Positions 45,464-56,377 of a stretch of DNA of 64,000 nt are shown piece by piece; position 1 is the first letter of the stretch, and each line of letters opens with the position of its first letter. The DNA is from Anaerolineae bacterium (GTDB lineage: Bacteria; Chloroflexota; Anaerolineae; Aggregatilineales; Phototrophicaceae): assembly GCA_034422695.1 (NCBI GenBank), contig DAOUJM010000014.1, forward strand, positions 303,482-367,481. The letters run 5' to 3'. Under the pieces are notes generated by a model. That model had not been told where the DNA came from and did no database searches. It was given only the letters and a program-made list of their open reading frames with translations. The translations under genes and the position numbers were made by a program.

Positions 45464-46681
45464 ATGGCTGATCTTTACGAGAAGATCGCGACCGACAGTG
45501 ACATGCGGCGGGTGCGCGAGGCGCAATCCATCGGGATCTACCCGTACTTCCGCGCGCTGAGCCAGTCCGAGGGCGTGACCGCCACCATAGAGGGCCGGGA
45601 CGTGGTCATGCTGGGCTCAAACAACTATCTGGGCCTGACGACGGACCAGCGCGTGCGCCAGGCGATGATGGATGCCGTCGAGCGCTACGGCACCAGCGTG
45701 ACCGGTTCGCGCTTTCTGAACGGCACGCTGGAACTGCATCTGGAACTGGACCGGCGCCTGGCGGAGTTCGTCGGGAAAGAGGCGGCGCTTGTCTTTCCGA
45801 CGGGTTACCAGACCAACGTTGGCACGATATCGGCGATGGTGGGCAAGGGCGACTTCGTCATCGTGGACAAGGATGATCATGCCAGCATTGTCGATGGTTG
45901 CATCATGGCGCGCGGAGAGATGAAACGCTTTCGCCACAATGACGTGAGCAGCCTGGATTCCGTGCTGGCGCGTTTGCCCGCGGATGCCGGCAAACTGGTG
46001 GTGGTCGATGGCGTCTACAGCATGATGGGGGACCTGGCGCCCCTGCCGGCACTGGTGGAAATCTGCAAGCGCCATGGCGCAAGAATCATGGTCGACGATG
46101 CCCATGGCATAGGAGTCACCGGGGAAGGACGTGGCACCTCGGCCCACTTCGGCCTCACCGACGAGGTCGACCTGATTATGGGCACTTTCAGCAAGAGCTT
46201 CGCCTCCATTGGCGGTTTCATCGCCGGCAGCGCCGAGGCCGTGCATTACATCCAGCATCGCGCGCGCGCGCTGATATTCTCCGCTTCCCTGCCGGCGCCC
46301 AACGTGGCGACCGTCCTGCGCGCGCTCGATATCATGGAAAGCGAGCCGCAGCACGTCCGCAATCTGTGGCAGAACGCGGAATACATGCGTCATCGGCTGA
46401 ATGCGCTGGGCTACAACACCGGCGCCAGCAACACGCCGATTATCCCGGTCATTCTGGGCGACGACTTTCGTGTCGCGCTGGCGTGGCACGCCCTGATCGA
46501 GGCCGGCGTGTACACGAACCCCGTGGTGCCGCCGGGCACACCGCCAGGATCAGGCCTGCTGCGTACCAGCTACACGGCGACCCACCGCCGGGAGCATCTG
46601 GACCGGGCGGTGACAGCCTTTCGTGAAGTGGGGGAACGACTGGATTTCATTCCCGTCGCCGCGGAGGCGCCCGCAAACTAG
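45464..46681 (+). CDS. Alpha-oxoamine synthase family PLP enzyme (8-amino-7-oxononanoate synthase / serine palmitoyltransferase-like)
   Basis: GSNNYLGL, DDAHG and TFSKSF (PLP Lys) motifs. YPYFR N-terminal motif. ATG at 45464 follows GGAGCAGGAG. Confidence 0.8.
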   Translation: MADLYEKIATDSDMRRVREAQSIGIYPYFRALSQSEGVTATIEGRDVVMLGSNNYLGLTTDQRVRQAMMDAVERYGTSVTGSRFLNGTLELHLELDRRLAEFVGKEAALVFPTGYQTNVGTISAMVGKGDFVIVDKDDHASIVDGCIMARGEMKRFRHNDVSSLDSVLARLPADAGKLVVVDGVYSMMGDLAPLPALVEICKRHGARIMVDDAHGIGVTGEGRGTSAHFGLTDEVDLIMGTFSKSFASIGGFIAGSAEAVHYIQHRARALIFSASLPAPNVATVLRALDIMESEPQHVRNLWQNAEYMRHRLNALGYNTGASNTPIIPVILGDDFRVALAWHALIEAGVYTNPVVPPGTPPGSGLLRTSYTATHRREHLDRAVTAFREVGERLDFIPVAAEAPAN

Positions 46682-46730
46682 CCGGCATGCCGTCCTGCCG
46701 CGGCTGAAGCGGAACAACTGGCCTGGCGAA

Positions 46731-48026
46731 TTAACCCTTCTTCATTGCACGCTTCAGGGCCCTTGCGGCCTTGCGCCTGAAGCGCTCCACCTTGACGACC
46801 TTGCGTTTGTGGCGCGCTTCCTCGGCGGCGAAGGCCAGCAGGTGACTTTCCAGCGATTCACCGGCGGTGGGCAAATCCCTTTCAGATTCGCCGCGGGCTG
46901 CGCGCAGAAAGGCGGCCAACATGCCGTAGTCACCCCCGCCGTGGCCGCTGGCTGCATCCTGCACTTCAACCTGTTCGGTCAGGCCGCTGCGATGTTCACG
47001 AACAGTGATCACGTTGCCGCCGGCGCCGCCCATTCTGGCCTGCAGGGTACCAAGGGTGCCGTCGTAACGCATGGTGCGGCCTTCCTCGAAGCCGTGACCC
47101 TGCATGATAAGCGTGACGGTCGTGCCGTCTTCCGCCTCCAGCGCCACGGTCTGGTGATCGACGACCGTGTTGTCGCAATGCCAGACACAGCGTCCGTAGG
47201 GGCTGGTCGTGGCCAGCAACTCAAGGCGCCCGGCGGCGTCGGTATTGAAGGCGACCGCGTTTAGCAGGTAGCTGTCGCCGTCTTTGGCGTAAAAGCGGGG
47301 CGCATAATACTTGCAATCGTCGGCATGCGGGCAGCCGTCGGTGCAGCGCAGGGGCGCATCCGGCGGCGCATGTTCGGGTCGGAAGGCGGTCAGGCTGCCG
47401 AAGGAACTGACGTGGGTGAAGCGCTGCTCCAGCAGCCAGCCCAGAATGTCCAGGTCATGGCAGCACTTGGCCAGCAGCATGGGCGCGGAACTGGCTTCGG
47501 CGCGCCAGTTGCCGCGCACGAAGCTGTGCGCCATGTGCCAGTAGATCAGGTTTTCACGATGATCGACGTTGACGATGCGCCCCAGACGACCGGAACGCAA
47601 AATGTCGCGCAAGGTGCGGAAGAAGGCCGTGTAACGCAACACGTGACAGGTCGCCAACAGGCGTCCGCTCGCTTCAGCAGCCTGCACCAGGCGCAGGTTG
47701 TCGAGCAGGGTATGCGCCATGGGCTTTTCCAGCAGGATGTCGTAACCGGCCGCCAGGGCCGCCAGGGTGGAGGCGGTATGCATCTGGTCCTGGGTGCAGT
47801 TGAACAGCAGGTCCGCCAGTTGACCCTGCGCCAGCAGCGCTTCCCAGGACTCAAACTGACGCCCGGGCGGGATGCCATGTTCGGCGGCGAAACGCTCACG
47901 GCGCGCGGCCTGCGGCTCGGCGACGGCGACGAAGTCAAGTTCCTCAGGGTGGGCCAGGGCATAGGGTCCGTAGGCCATCAGTCCGCGACTGCCGGCGCCC
48001 AGCAACACGGCGCTCTTCTTCTGCAT
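46731..48026 (-). CDS. Gfo/Idh/MocA family oxidoreductase (long form with basic C-terminal tail)
   Basis: LLGAGSRG Rossmann and EKP motif (LLEKPMA). Start moved to the ATG at 48026. Confidence 0.75.
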   Translation of the reverse strand: MQKKSAVLLGAGSRGLMAYGPYALAHPEELDFVAVAEPQAARRERFAAEHGIPPGRQFESWEALLAQGQLADLLFNCTQDQMHTASTLAALAAGYDILLEKPMAHTLLDNLRLVQAAEASGRLLATCHVLRYTAFFRTLRDILRSGRLGRIVNVDHRENLIYWHMAHSFVRGNWRAEASSAPMLLAKCCHDLDILGWLLEQRFTHVSSFGSLTAFRPEHAPPDAPLRCTDGCPHADDCKYYAPRFYAKDGDSYLLNAVAFNTDAAGRLELLATTSPYGRCVWHCDNTVVDHQTVALEAEDGTTVTLIMQGHGFEEGRTMRYDGTLGTLQARMGGAGGNVITVREHRSGLTEQVEVQDAASGHGGGDYGMLAAFLRAARGESERDLPTAGESLESHLLAFAAEEARHKRKVVKVERFRRKAARALKRAMKKG

Positions 48027-48141
48027 GGAAACTCCCGATCTGCCGGTAAACTGCCAAGCCTGACACGCGCGCCGGGCCCTGTCAAACAATGTCCCTGCCT
48101 GGCTGAAGTACAATGCAGCAGTCCACGCATGGGGTCCCGCA

Positions 48142-49047
48142 ATGCTTGTGCTTGCTGCAGCCAACGTGTCTGAAGGACGCCGGCGGGAGATCGTGGAAAT
48201 TCTGGTCAGCGCGGTCGCAGAAGTGCCCGCCGTGCGTGTGCTGGACGTCCACAGCGACCCTGATCACAACCGCAGCGTGATCACAGTTGCCGGCCCGGCA
48301 CCTGACATGCTCGCTGCCATGTACCGGCTCGCCGCCGCCGCCGCCCGTCACATCGACATGAACAGCCATGATGGCCAGCATCCCTGTATCGGCGCCGCGG
48401 ATGTCGTGCCCTTCGTGCCCCTGGGCGAAACCGGTATGGAACGGTGCTGTGCCATGGCGCGGGAACTGGGTGCGCGCGTCGGCAGCGAGTTGCGGATACC
48501 GGTCTACCTGTATGCCCGCGCCGCCGGCAGCGAGCGAAACCAGACCCTGGCGGCCATTCGAAGCGGGGGCTACGAGGGCCTGCGGCGTGCAATTGCCGTG
48601 GACCCGCGGCGCGCGCCGGACTACGGCCCCAGGCAGTTGGGGAGCGCCGGCGCCGTCGCCATCGGCGCGCGCGACACGCTGATCGCCTGGAACGTCTGGC
48701 TGGACACGGCTGACGTCCGCGTTGCGCAGCGCATCGCCCGGCGCATGCGGGCTTCCGGCGGCGGCCTGCCCGCGCTTCAGGCGCTGGGGATGCAGGTCCG
48801 TGGCCGCGCCCAGGTATCCATGAACCTGCCGGACTACCGCCGGACCGGTCTGGCGCGGGTGATGGAGACCCTGCATGGCGAAGCGGCGCGCGAAGGTGTC
48901 GAGCTGTATGGCAGCGAACTGGTGGGATTGATCCCGCAGGCGGCGGTGGACGCCGCTGCCGGCTGTGACTTGTTATTGCTTCGGCCTCTGGCAGGGCAGA
49001 TTCTGGAACGCCGGCTACGGGAAAACGGCCTTCTCAGTTCAGACTGA
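48142..49047 (+). CDS. Glutamate formimidoyltransferase (FtcD N-terminal domain type)
   Basis: NVSEGRRREIVE...DPDHNRSVITVAG pattern. About 300 aa. Confidence 0.75.
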   Translation: MLVLAAANVSEGRRREIVEILVSAVAEVPAVRVLDVHSDPDHNRSVITVAGPAPDMLAAMYRLAAAAARHIDMNSHDGQHPCIGAADVVPFVPLGETGMERCCAMARELGARVGSELRIPVYLYARAAGSERNQTLAAIRSGGYEGLRRAIAVDPRRAPDYGPRQLGSAGAVAIGARDTLIAWNVWLDTADVRVAQRIARRMRASGGGLPALQALGMQVRGRAQVSMNLPDYRRTGLARVMETLHGEAAREGVELYGSELVGLIPQAAVDAAAGCDLLLLRPLAGQILERRLRENGLLSSD

Positions 49048-50236
49048 CCGCCTCCAGCGCCTCAAGCAGACGCTCGCAGTCCGCCTCCGTGTTGTAGCCC
49101 TGCACCGAAACGCGAACAAAGCCGCGCCCGCCAAACTCTCCGCCGGCGACGACAACCTTCCAGTCGTCATAAAGCCGGCGGAAGCGGCGCGCCAGGTCTG
49201 CGCCCCGGACGGGGATGGAGACCATCTGGGCGTGCCAGATATCGGGGTCTGCCGCAAAGGGCGGCAAGCCGCCGCCGAGCGCGGCGATGCGTTCCGCCAG
49301 GTCCAGCGCCATGCGATGACAGCGCCGGCGCACCGCCGGCCAGTTGTGCTCACGCTGGAAATCGATGGCGCTGGCGATGGCAAACCAGGCGGCCATGTCG
49401 CGCGTGCCCTGCCAGTCATGGCGTTCGTTGAGAACGCTACGTTCCTCGCCATCGACGCCCAGACTGATGGACATGCCCTTGCGGTGCGCGTACTGGCCGT
49501 GGCTGATCACAAGTGGGTTTATGCGGTCATGGTGCTCCGGGCGGACGTAGAGAAAGCCGGACCCCTTGGGGGCGCTGAGCCACTTGTGGCAGTTGCCGGC
49601 GTAGAAGTCCGCGCCGATGGCCTCCATGTCCAGATCGATGTGTCCCGGCGCATGGGCGCCGTCGATGACGGTCAGCACGCCGGCCTCGCGCGCGCGGCGG
49701 CAAATGTCGGCGATTGGCAGGACCAGGGCACTGGGCGAGGTGACGTGACTGAGACTGATCAGCTTCGTGCGCGGCCCGATCGCGGAGCAAAACTCGTCTA
49801 CCAGAGATTCTGGCGATTCCAGCGGCAGTTTGACGGCGTGCACAACAGTGCGCGCCCCGGTGTTTTCACAGATGAAGCGCCAGGTGTTGTCGATGGCGTC
49901 GTATTCGTGGTCGCCGGTGAGGATTTCATCGCCGGGTTCAAGCTGCAGGGAGCGCGCAACAGTGTTCATGCCGGTGGTGGCGTTGGTCGTGAAGACCAGA
50001 TTGCCGGGGGCCGTCCCGAGCCAGCGGGCGAGCCGGGCGCGGGTTTCGTTGAGCAGTTCGGGGCTGCGGTTGAACATGAACCCCACCGGCTGCCATTCCA
50101 GTTCCCGCTGCCAGCGCTGCCAGGCCTCAAACACCGGCCGGGGACAGGCGCCGAAGGAGCCATGGTTGAAGAAGGCGACTTCCGGGTCCAGCATGAACAG
50201 CTTGCGCAGTTCAGCAGCTTCAGGCGTCGTACTCAT
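49034..50236 (-). CDS. Class V PLP-dependent aminotransferase (isopenicillin N epimerase / cysteine desulfurase-like)
   Basis: FFNHGSFGACP N-terminus and NCHKWL (PLP Lys context). Start at the ATG at 50236. Confidence 0.75.
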   Translation of the reverse strand: MSTTPEAAELRKLFMLDPEVAFFNHGSFGACPRPVFEAWQRWQRELEWQPVGFMFNRSPELLNETRARLARWLGTAPGNLVFTTNATTGMNTVARSLQLEPGDEILTGDHEYDAIDNTWRFICENTGARTVVHAVKLPLESPESLVDEFCSAIGPRTKLISLSHVTSPSALVLPIADICRRAREAGVLTVIDGAHAPGHIDLDMEAIGADFYAGNCHKWLSAPKGSGFLYVRPEHHDRINPLVISHGQYAHRKGMSISLGVDGEERSVLNERHDWQGTRDMAAWFAIASAIDFQREHNWPAVRRRCHRMALDLAERIAALGGGLPPFAADPDIWHAQMVSIPVRGADLARRFRRLYDDWKVVVAGGEFGGRGFVRVSVQGYNTEADCERLLEALEAVSLN

Positions 50237-51203
50237 CCAGGACAATCCTCCCGCTGGCCAGGGCGTCACGAAAGTGGTCGATGGTGAAGGCCACGCCGTC
50301 TTCCAGCGGGGTATGCGGCAGGGGCCCGATGGCTTCCCGCAGGGCGCGGTCGCTGGTGCCGGCGGGCAGGGCCAGGGGCGCATCCTCGAAAGTGATCTGG
50401 CCGCTGACCTCCGGGGCCGCTTTTTCGATGGCGTCGACCATCTCGCTCATGTGGACGATTGACCCACCCAGATTGAAGGATCCGGCGCCCTGCCAGTCCG
50501 CTGTGTCGGCGGCCTGAATGAAGATTTTGGCGACGTCATCGGTGAACTGGAAGCCGTTGCGGCCGCCGAAGGAGATGTGCCATGGCTGCCCGGCGGCGGC
50601 GGCCAGCATGGCGCGCGTGGGCGTGGAGGTCATCCCCTGGTCGCGGCCCGGCCCGTAGACGGTGTAGGGACGCAGGCCGATGCTGTTGATGCCGTAGTCC
50701 TGGTGATAGATCTGCGCCGTGCCCTGGTTGGCCAGCTTGAAGACGCCGTAGAGATTCTTCGGCAGGAAGGGCGCGTCATTCTCAATGACGTCGCGGTCGT
50801 ATTCGTCGCCGCTGCCGTAGACGGCTGCGCTGCTGGCGTAGACGACGCGGTCGATGCCCAGCGCCTTCGCCGCCTCGAAGACGTTTATCGTGCCGATGAC
50901 GTTGACGCCGGCGCCCAGCGGCGGGTTGGCCCGGCAAAAGGGCACCTGCAGGGCGGCCAGATGAATGATCCTGCGGGCCCCGGAGGCGCGCAGGGCATCC
51001 TCGACGGCGGCCGTGTCGGTCACGTCGCCCTGGATGAAGTCGATCCTGGCAATTTCGTCGGGATCCAGGATGAGTTCGAGTCGTTTGCGGTCCGTCCCCA
51101 GATCAAACACCGAGACCGGCGCGCCCGAGCGCAGCAGGTTGCGCGTTACCCAGGCGCCGATGCAACCCAGCGCGCCGGTCACGAAATAGCGTTCGCCGCT
51201 CAC
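50220..51203 (-). CDS. NAD-dependent epimerase/dehydratase (extended SDR)
   Basis: [10 protein letters not shown] Rossmann motif and YGVFK catalytic YxxxK. Confidence 0.8.
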   Translation of the reverse strand: MSGERYFVTGALGCIGAWVTRNLLRSGAPVSVFDLGTDRKRLELILDPDEIARIDFIQGDVTDTAAVEDALRASGARRIIHLAALQVPFCRANPPLGAGVNVIGTINVFEAAKALGIDRVVYASSAAVYGSGDEYDRDVIENDAPFLPKNLYGVFKLANQGTAQIYHQDYGINSIGLRPYTVYGPGRDQGMTSTPTRAMLAAAAGQPWHISFGGRNGFQFTDDVAKIFIQAADTADWQGAGSFNLGGSIVHMSEMVDAIEKAAPEVSGQITFEDAPLALPAGTSDRALREAIGPLPHTPLEDGVAFTIDHFRDALASGRIVLDEYDA

Positions 51204-52330
51204 GAGCCTGCTCCCATCAGTTCGACCTGCCCGGGACGCAGTCCGGTTGGCAGCAAGGCCGGCCGGTCAACACTGCTCTCGATATTCACGTGGCGTCCAC
51301 TGGCAGAGGCCTCGTCCACGGCCAGCATGACCTCCAGCGCGTGCAGCGCCAGGTCGCCGCTGGCCCGGTGCGGGCGGCCGTGGCGGATCGCGCTGACCAT
51401 GTCCGCGACGCCAATACTGCGTTCGACCCGATCACTGTGGGAAAGGGGAATCTCGCTCCAGGCCTCCGCGTCGGCGCGGCGCAGCAATACCGGCCCACGG
51501 AAGGTGTTGGGGTCCGGCACGGCCAGCGAGCCTTCCATGCCGTAGATTTCCATGCGCGGCAGGTTGTGCGACCAGACGTCGAAACTCATCACCACCGTTG
51601 CCGTCAGACCGGCGGTGAATTCCAGCAGGGCGGCCTGGTGCGTACTCACCTCGACGTCGATCATTTCCCCGTATTTCGGCTCACTGGTGATTCTGCGCTG
51701 AGGAAATGAGATCCTGGTCGAACCGCTGACACGCGCGACCGGGCCCAGCAGATTAACCAGGGCCGTGATGTAGTAGGGGCCCATGTCGAGCATGGGCCCG
51801 CCACCGGCCTGGTAGTAATAAGTCGGGTCCGGGTGCCAGTGCTCGTGTCCGTGGCTCGCCAGGAAGGCGACGGCGGCGACAGGGCGGCCGATCCAGCCAT
51901 CGTCAATCAACTTGCGGCTGGTCTGCTGACCTCCACCGAGAAAGGTGTCCGGTGCGCAGCCAACGCGCAGTCCCCGTTCTGCGGCCGAGGCGAGCACGCG
52001 CTGACCGTCCGCCAGATCCAGTGCCAGCGGCTTTTCACTGTAGACGTGCTTGCCGGCCTCCAGCGCCGCCAGGTCAACCTCCGCATGCGCCTGGGGGATG
52101 GTCAGGTTAAGGACGATATCGATGTCGGGGTCGCGCAATAGCTCGTCCACCTCCAGGGCACGAACGCCGTACTGCGCGGCCTTCGCCCTGGCGCGCTCCG
52201 GCAGCAGGTCGGCGCAGGCGACGATCTCGATATCCACGAAAGTCCGGCAGAATCTGAAGTACCGGTCGCAGATGTTGCCACAGCCGATGAGTCCGACCCT
52301 GGCAGGATCAGGCATCGTGTTATCGCTCAT
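51200..52330 (-). CDS. Gfo/Idh/MocA family oxidoreductase
   Basis: VGLIGCGNI Rossmann and SEKP motif. Paralogous to 52338-53456. Confidence 0.8.
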   Translation of the reverse strand: MSDNTMPDPARVGLIGCGNICDRYFRFCRTFVDIEIVACADLLPERARAKAAQYGVRALEVDELLRDPDIDIVLNLTIPQAHAEVDLAALEAGKHVYSEKPLALDLADGQRVLASAAERGLRVGCAPDTFLGGGQQTSRKLIDDGWIGRPVAAVAFLASHGHEHWHPDPTYYYQAGGGPMLDMGPYYITALVNLLGPVARVSGSTRISFPQRRITSEPKYGEMIDVEVSTHQAALLEFTAGLTATVVMSFDVWSHNLPRMEIYGMEGSLAVPDPNTFRGPVLLRRADAEAWSEIPLSHSDRVERSIGVADMVSAIRHGRPHRASGDLALHALEVMLAVDEASASGRHVNIESSVDRPALLPTGLRPGQVELMGAGS

Positions 52331-52337
52331 GGCAAGA

Positions 52338-53456
52338 CTATGACCTCAAGTCATCCAGGTGGCCCGGCGCCAGCCCGGTGGGCAGGGGCGCGGGCCGTTC
52401 AGCGCCGCCGGCGACGTCGACGTGGCGACCGGCATCCGCTGACTCCAGAATCGCGTGCATCAGGTCCAGCACATGCCAGGCGAGAACGCCACTGGCGCGA
52501 TGCGGCCGACCCGAGCGCAGGGCGTGGGCCAGGTCCGCGACGCCGACGCCGCGCAGCATGGAGGCGTCGTGCGTCAGGGGAATCTCGCTCCAGTCGTCAG
52601 CGCCGGCGCGTTTGACGCGTACCGGGCCACGGAAGTGATTGGGGTCGGGGACAGAGAGCGTGCCTTCGGTGCCGTAAATCTCCATGCGCGGCAGATTGTC
52701 ATGCCAGACGTCGAAGCTGGTGATCAGGGTGCCCACACAGCCGTTGGCGAAATCCAGCGTCGCCGTTACATGCGTGTCCACCTCGACGTCAATGGGGTAG
52801 CCGTAGCGTTCCGGGGGCAGTTCCGGATGCGTGGCGTAGCGCTGTGCGAAACCCTTTGAGGCCGAACCGGCGACGCGCCTGACCGGCCCGAGCAGGTAAA
52901 TCAGGGCGGTCAGGTAATAGGGGGCCATGTCAAAGAGGGGGCCGCCGCCGGGCTTGAAGAAAAAGTCCGGTTCCGGGTGATAACTGTCCGGCCCGTGGCT
53001 GCAGAAAAAGCCGCAGGCAGCGACGGGGCGGCCGATCCAGCCGTCATCCAGCAACTTGCGCGAGGTCTGCAGCCCGCCGCCGAGGAGGGTGTCCGGGGCG
53101 CAGCCGACGCGCAGACCGGCAGCGGCGGCGGCGTCCAGGATTTTCCTGCCCTGGTCGCGGGTCCGGGCCAGCGGCTTTTCATTGTGAACGTGCTTGCCGG
53201 CCGCGATCACCTGCATGGCGACGTCATAATGGGCGGCCGGCGGCGTCAGATTCACCACGACGTCGATGTCCGGGTCGGCCAGCAACTGGTCCACGCTCAA
53301 CGCCGCGATCCCGTGGTCGGCCGCCAGTTTTTCCGCCCGGCGCAGGTCGAGGTCGGCGCAGGCGCGCAGGTCGAGGATGCGAAACTGCTTCAGGCCCTGG
53401 CAATAGTGATCGCTGATGTGGCCGCAGCCGATGATGCCAACCCTAATCCTTGCCAC
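52338..53456 (-). CDS. Gfo/Idh/MocA family oxidoreductase
   Basis: VGIIGCGHI Rossmann and NEKP motif. Collinear with 51200-52330. Confidence 0.8.
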   Translation of the reverse strand: MARIRVGIIGCGHISDHYCQGLKQFRILDLRACADLDLRRAEKLAADHGIAALSVDQLLADPDIDVVVNLTPPAAHYDVAMQVIAAGKHVHNEKPLARTRDQGRKILDAAAAAGLRVGCAPDTLLGGGLQTSRKLLDDGWIGRPVAACGFFCSHGPDSYHPEPDFFFKPGGGPLFDMAPYYLTALIYLLGPVRRVAGSASKGFAQRYATHPELPPERYGYPIDVEVDTHVTATLDFANGCVGTLITSFDVWHDNLPRMEIYGTEGTLSVPDPNHFRGPVRVKRAGADDWSEIPLTHDASMLRGVGVADLAHALRSGRPHRASGVLAWHVLDLMHAILESADAGRHVDVAGGAERPAPLPTGLAPGHLDDLRS

Positions 53457-54216
53457 GGGCGTATCCCTCCCCGGTCAGCCAGGCGCAACTGTCGCGCACG
53501 GCCTGCAGCATGTCGGTGGCGCAGCGGTCCAGTTCGACGACAATCCAGTCAACGTCGCTGGCAGCAAAAATGGCTGGCCAGTCCATCACGCCGCTGCCCA
53601 CGGCGACCATGTCCGCCTGGGGGTCATCGGCCGGGCCGTCCTTGACGTGAAGCACCTGGTTGCGCGGGCCCAGTTCCCTGAGCACAGGGGCCACGTCGGC
53701 GCCGCCCACGCGGGCCCAGTAGGTATCGATCTGGAAAAAGACGTCGTCATCCAGCAGATCGAGCATGTGGCGCCAGACTGGCCGTCCATCGACAAAGGTG
53801 TCGAATTCCCACCAGTGGTTGTGATAGCCGACCTGCAGCCCCGCTGTCGCCGCGTTGGCGGCGGTTTCGTTGATCAGGGCGCAGTTGGCCCCGATTTTCT
53901 CTCGCGTATCCCATGCCTCGCCCCGGCCAATGCCGGCGACGATGATGCGCTGCGTGCCAACGTTGCGGGCGGCCTCGATCACGGCGTCGCTGTCCTCGCC
54001 CGCCGAAATGGCCGCGTGGATGCTCGGCACCTGCAGACCCAGTTCGCGAAAGAGCCGTCCTTCGGCGACCGCGTCCCGCTGCGGATAACCAAAGGGTTCG
54101 ACGCCGGCGTAGCCGGCGGCGGCCACTTCGCGGACGATGCCTTCAAAGTCATCGGCGAGTTCGGCGCGCAGGGAATAAAGTTGCAGGGCGACGGAAGGGA
54201 TTCGTTCGGTCATCAA
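53443..54216 (-). CDS. Sugar phosphate isomerase/epimerase (xylose isomerase-like TIM barrel)
   Basis: Size and the pattern LQLYSLR...GYAGVE...YHNHWWEF are typical of the AP endonuclease 2 / TIM-barrel family. Confidence 0.7.
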   Translation of the reverse strand: MMTERIPSVALQLYSLRAELADDFEGIVREVAAAGYAGVEPFGYPQRDAVAEGRLFRELGLQVPSIHAAISAGEDSDAVIEAARNVGTQRIIVAGIGRGEAWDTREKIGANCALINETAANAATAGLQVGYHNHWWEFDTFVDGRPVWRHMLDLLDDDVFFQIDTYWARVGGADVAPVLRELGPRNQVLHVKDGPADDPQADMVAVGSGVMDWPAIFAASDVDWIVVELDRCATDMLQAVRDSCAWLTGEGYARGKD

Positions 54217-54379
54217 CTTCTCCTGACATTATTGCGGGACTGCCCGGCCGGCAATTGTCGGCCCGGCAGGTCCGAAACTGCAACGGCCAGCCATTGTAAC
54301 CGCGTCGACCGCATGAAGTCAGAGCAAAACGGGGCCCTGGACCCGGCAATGGATTGCCTTTCAGGGCTTCCGTCGGCCA

Positions 54380-55495
54380 CTACCAGTCCGCGACGGAACC
54401 ATCGTCGTGCCACAGCCGCGGTGTTTCCCAGCTGCCGTCATACAGTTTGGCGGCGACGGCTTCCTCGTCCAGTTCAATCCCCAGGCCCGGTTTGTCCGGC
54501 AGGGGTATGTGGCCATCGATGATCTGGAAGGGCTCCTTCAGATAGCCAACGCCGGTGGTGAAGTGTTCCTGCACCAGGAAGTTGGGCGTGCAGGCGTCCA
54601 GTTGCAGACTGGCGGCCAGGGCGATGGGTCCCAGCGGGCAATGCGGCGCCACGGCGGCGTACCAGCATTCGGCCATCGCCGCGATCTTGCGCACCTCAAG
54701 TATCCCGCCGGCGTGCGCCAGGTCCGGCTGCAGGATGGCGGCCGCCTGCTTTTCCAGCACCTCGCGGAAGGCCCATTTGGTGAACAGACGCTCGCCGGTG
54801 GCGATGGGGATGCTGGTGCTGCGGGCCACGGTCGCCAGGGCATCGACGTTTTCCGGCAACACCGGCTCCTCGATGAAGAAAGGATGTAGCGGCTCCAGCG
54901 CCTGCGCCAGGCGCACGGCCATGGCGGGACTCACGCGCCCGTGAAAGTCGATGCCGATGTCGATCTCCGGCCCCAGCGCCTCCCGGAAGCGGGCGAAGTG
55001 GGCGACGGTTTCGTCCACTTTGGCGCGCGTATCAACGATGCGGACGGCGCCAGGCAGGCCAAGTTTGAAGGCCGTGAAGCCGGCTTCAGCGCCGACGACC
55101 GCCTGTTCCACGTAATCGCCGTAGGATCGGTCGTCCAGCCAGCCATAGACGCGGATGCGGTCGCGCACGGCGCCGCCCAGCAGCTTGTAGACCGGCTGAC
55201 CCAGCCACTTGCCGGTGATGTCCCACATGGCGTGTTCGATGCCGGAAAGCGCGCTCGTGAGCACCGGGCCGCCGCGATAGAACTGGCCGCGGAAGATGGC
55301 CTGCCAGTGATGTTCGATCCTGGTTGGGTCCTGGCCGATGAGATAGCGACCGATCTCGTGTACGGCCGCGGCCACGGTCTGCGAGCGACCCTCGACGACC
55401 GGCTCGCCCAGGCCGACGATCCCTTCGTCGGTATGCATTTTGAGAAACAGCCAGCGCGGCCGGACGAAGAAGGTCTCCAGCCTGGTGATTTTCAT
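54380..55495 (-). CDS. dgoD: D-galactonate dehydratase-like enolase-superfamily enzyme
   Basis: The N-terminus MKITRLETFFVRPRWLFLKMHTDEGIVGLGEPVVEGR closely parallels E. coli DgoD as I recall it. Confidence 0.75.
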   Translation of the reverse strand: MKITRLETFFVRPRWLFLKMHTDEGIVGLGEPVVEGRSQTVAAAVHEIGRYLIGQDPTRIEHHWQAIFRGQFYRGGPVLTSALSGIEHAMWDITGKWLGQPVYKLLGGAVRDRIRVYGWLDDRSYGDYVEQAVVGAEAGFTAFKLGLPGAVRIVDTRAKVDETVAHFARFREALGPEIDIGIDFHGRVSPAMAVRLAQALEPLHPFFIEEPVLPENVDALATVARSTSIPIATGERLFTKWAFREVLEKQAAAILQPDLAHAGGILEVRKIAAMAECWYAAVAPHCPLGPIALAASLQLDACTPNFLVQEHFTTGVGYLKEPFQIIDGHIPLPDKPGLGIELDEEAVAAKLYDGSWETPRLWHDDGSVADW

Positions 55496-55516
55496 GCGAG
55501 CAACCCCTGTCCCGTC

Positions 55517-56377
55517 TCAGGCGCTCAGGCGGTTTTCCGGCATGTTTTCCAGTCGGGTGAGCCAGTAGTGCACGTCGAAGTCCTCGTCACCGGTCAGGAA
55601 ACGCCACAGCAGGGTGCGGTTGACGATTTCCAGGCGACCGTCGCCGGCCTCGAACCAGGGCTCCAGTCTGGCCAGAATGGCCTGCACGTCATCGCGTTTT
55701 TCGCCGGCGAAGATGGGCTGATGGGCGCTGGTGTCCTCATCGAGGTCGTCGGTGTTCCACAGGCGCAGCTGGCGCACGGTGGGGTTGAGGCGGATCTTGT
55801 ACATGTACCGCATGCGGTCGGTCCTGTTCTGGCGGCCACAGTGCCAGATGCCGTGATGCAGGACCAGGATGCTGCCCGCCTCGCAGACCATGGGGATCTG
55901 CCCCAGGAAATTCTGGTAACGGGAGACCTCCGCTTCGTTGATGCGGCGCAAGTGGCTGCCCGGCAGCAGCAGGGTGCCGCCCATTTCCAGGGGTACGTCG
56001 TGCGGAAAGTACATCAACTGGACGTCAAAGTGCAGGCGCGTGTCGATGATCGAATCGCCATGCAGGCCCTGGGCCTTGCCCTCGTTGGGCAGGCGTTTGT
56101 GAATGGCGTGATGATCGAAGAGCGGGTTTTGGCCGACGAGGCTGTCGAGGATGCCCTGAATCTGTGGCAGGCGCAGCATGGCGCCGATGGGCGAGGGCGC
56201 CGGATAGCACTCGGCAAAAGGCGTGCCGGCCGGGTAGCTGTTGATGCCGCCCGCCTCGAATTCGGCCATGACGGCCTGGTTAATGTCATCGGGGACAATC
56301 TCGTCAAAGCGCAAAAACCCGCGCGCCACGAATTCCGCCATCTGGTGCGAATTGAGCAGATGCTGTTTGTCGCTCAT
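55517..56377 (-). CDS. Phytanoyl-CoA dioxygenase (PhyH) family Fe(II)/2-oxoglutarate oxygenase
   Basis: LHGDS (HxD) and HHGIWHCG motifs. About 286 aa. Confidence 0.65.
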   Translation of the reverse strand: MSDKQHLLNSHQMAEFVARGFLRFDEIVPDDINQAVMAEFEAGGINSYPAGTPFAECYPAPSPIGAMLRLPQIQGILDSLVGQNPLFDHHAIHKRLPNEGKAQGLHGDSIIDTRLHFDVQLMYFPHDVPLEMGGTLLLPGSHLRRINEAEVSRYQNFLGQIPMVCEAGSILVLHHGIWHCGRQNRTDRMRYMYKIRLNPTVRQLRLWNTDDLDEDTSAHQPIFAGEKRDDVQAILARLEPWFEAGDGRLEIVNRTLLWRFLTGDEDFDVHYWLTRLENMPENRLSA

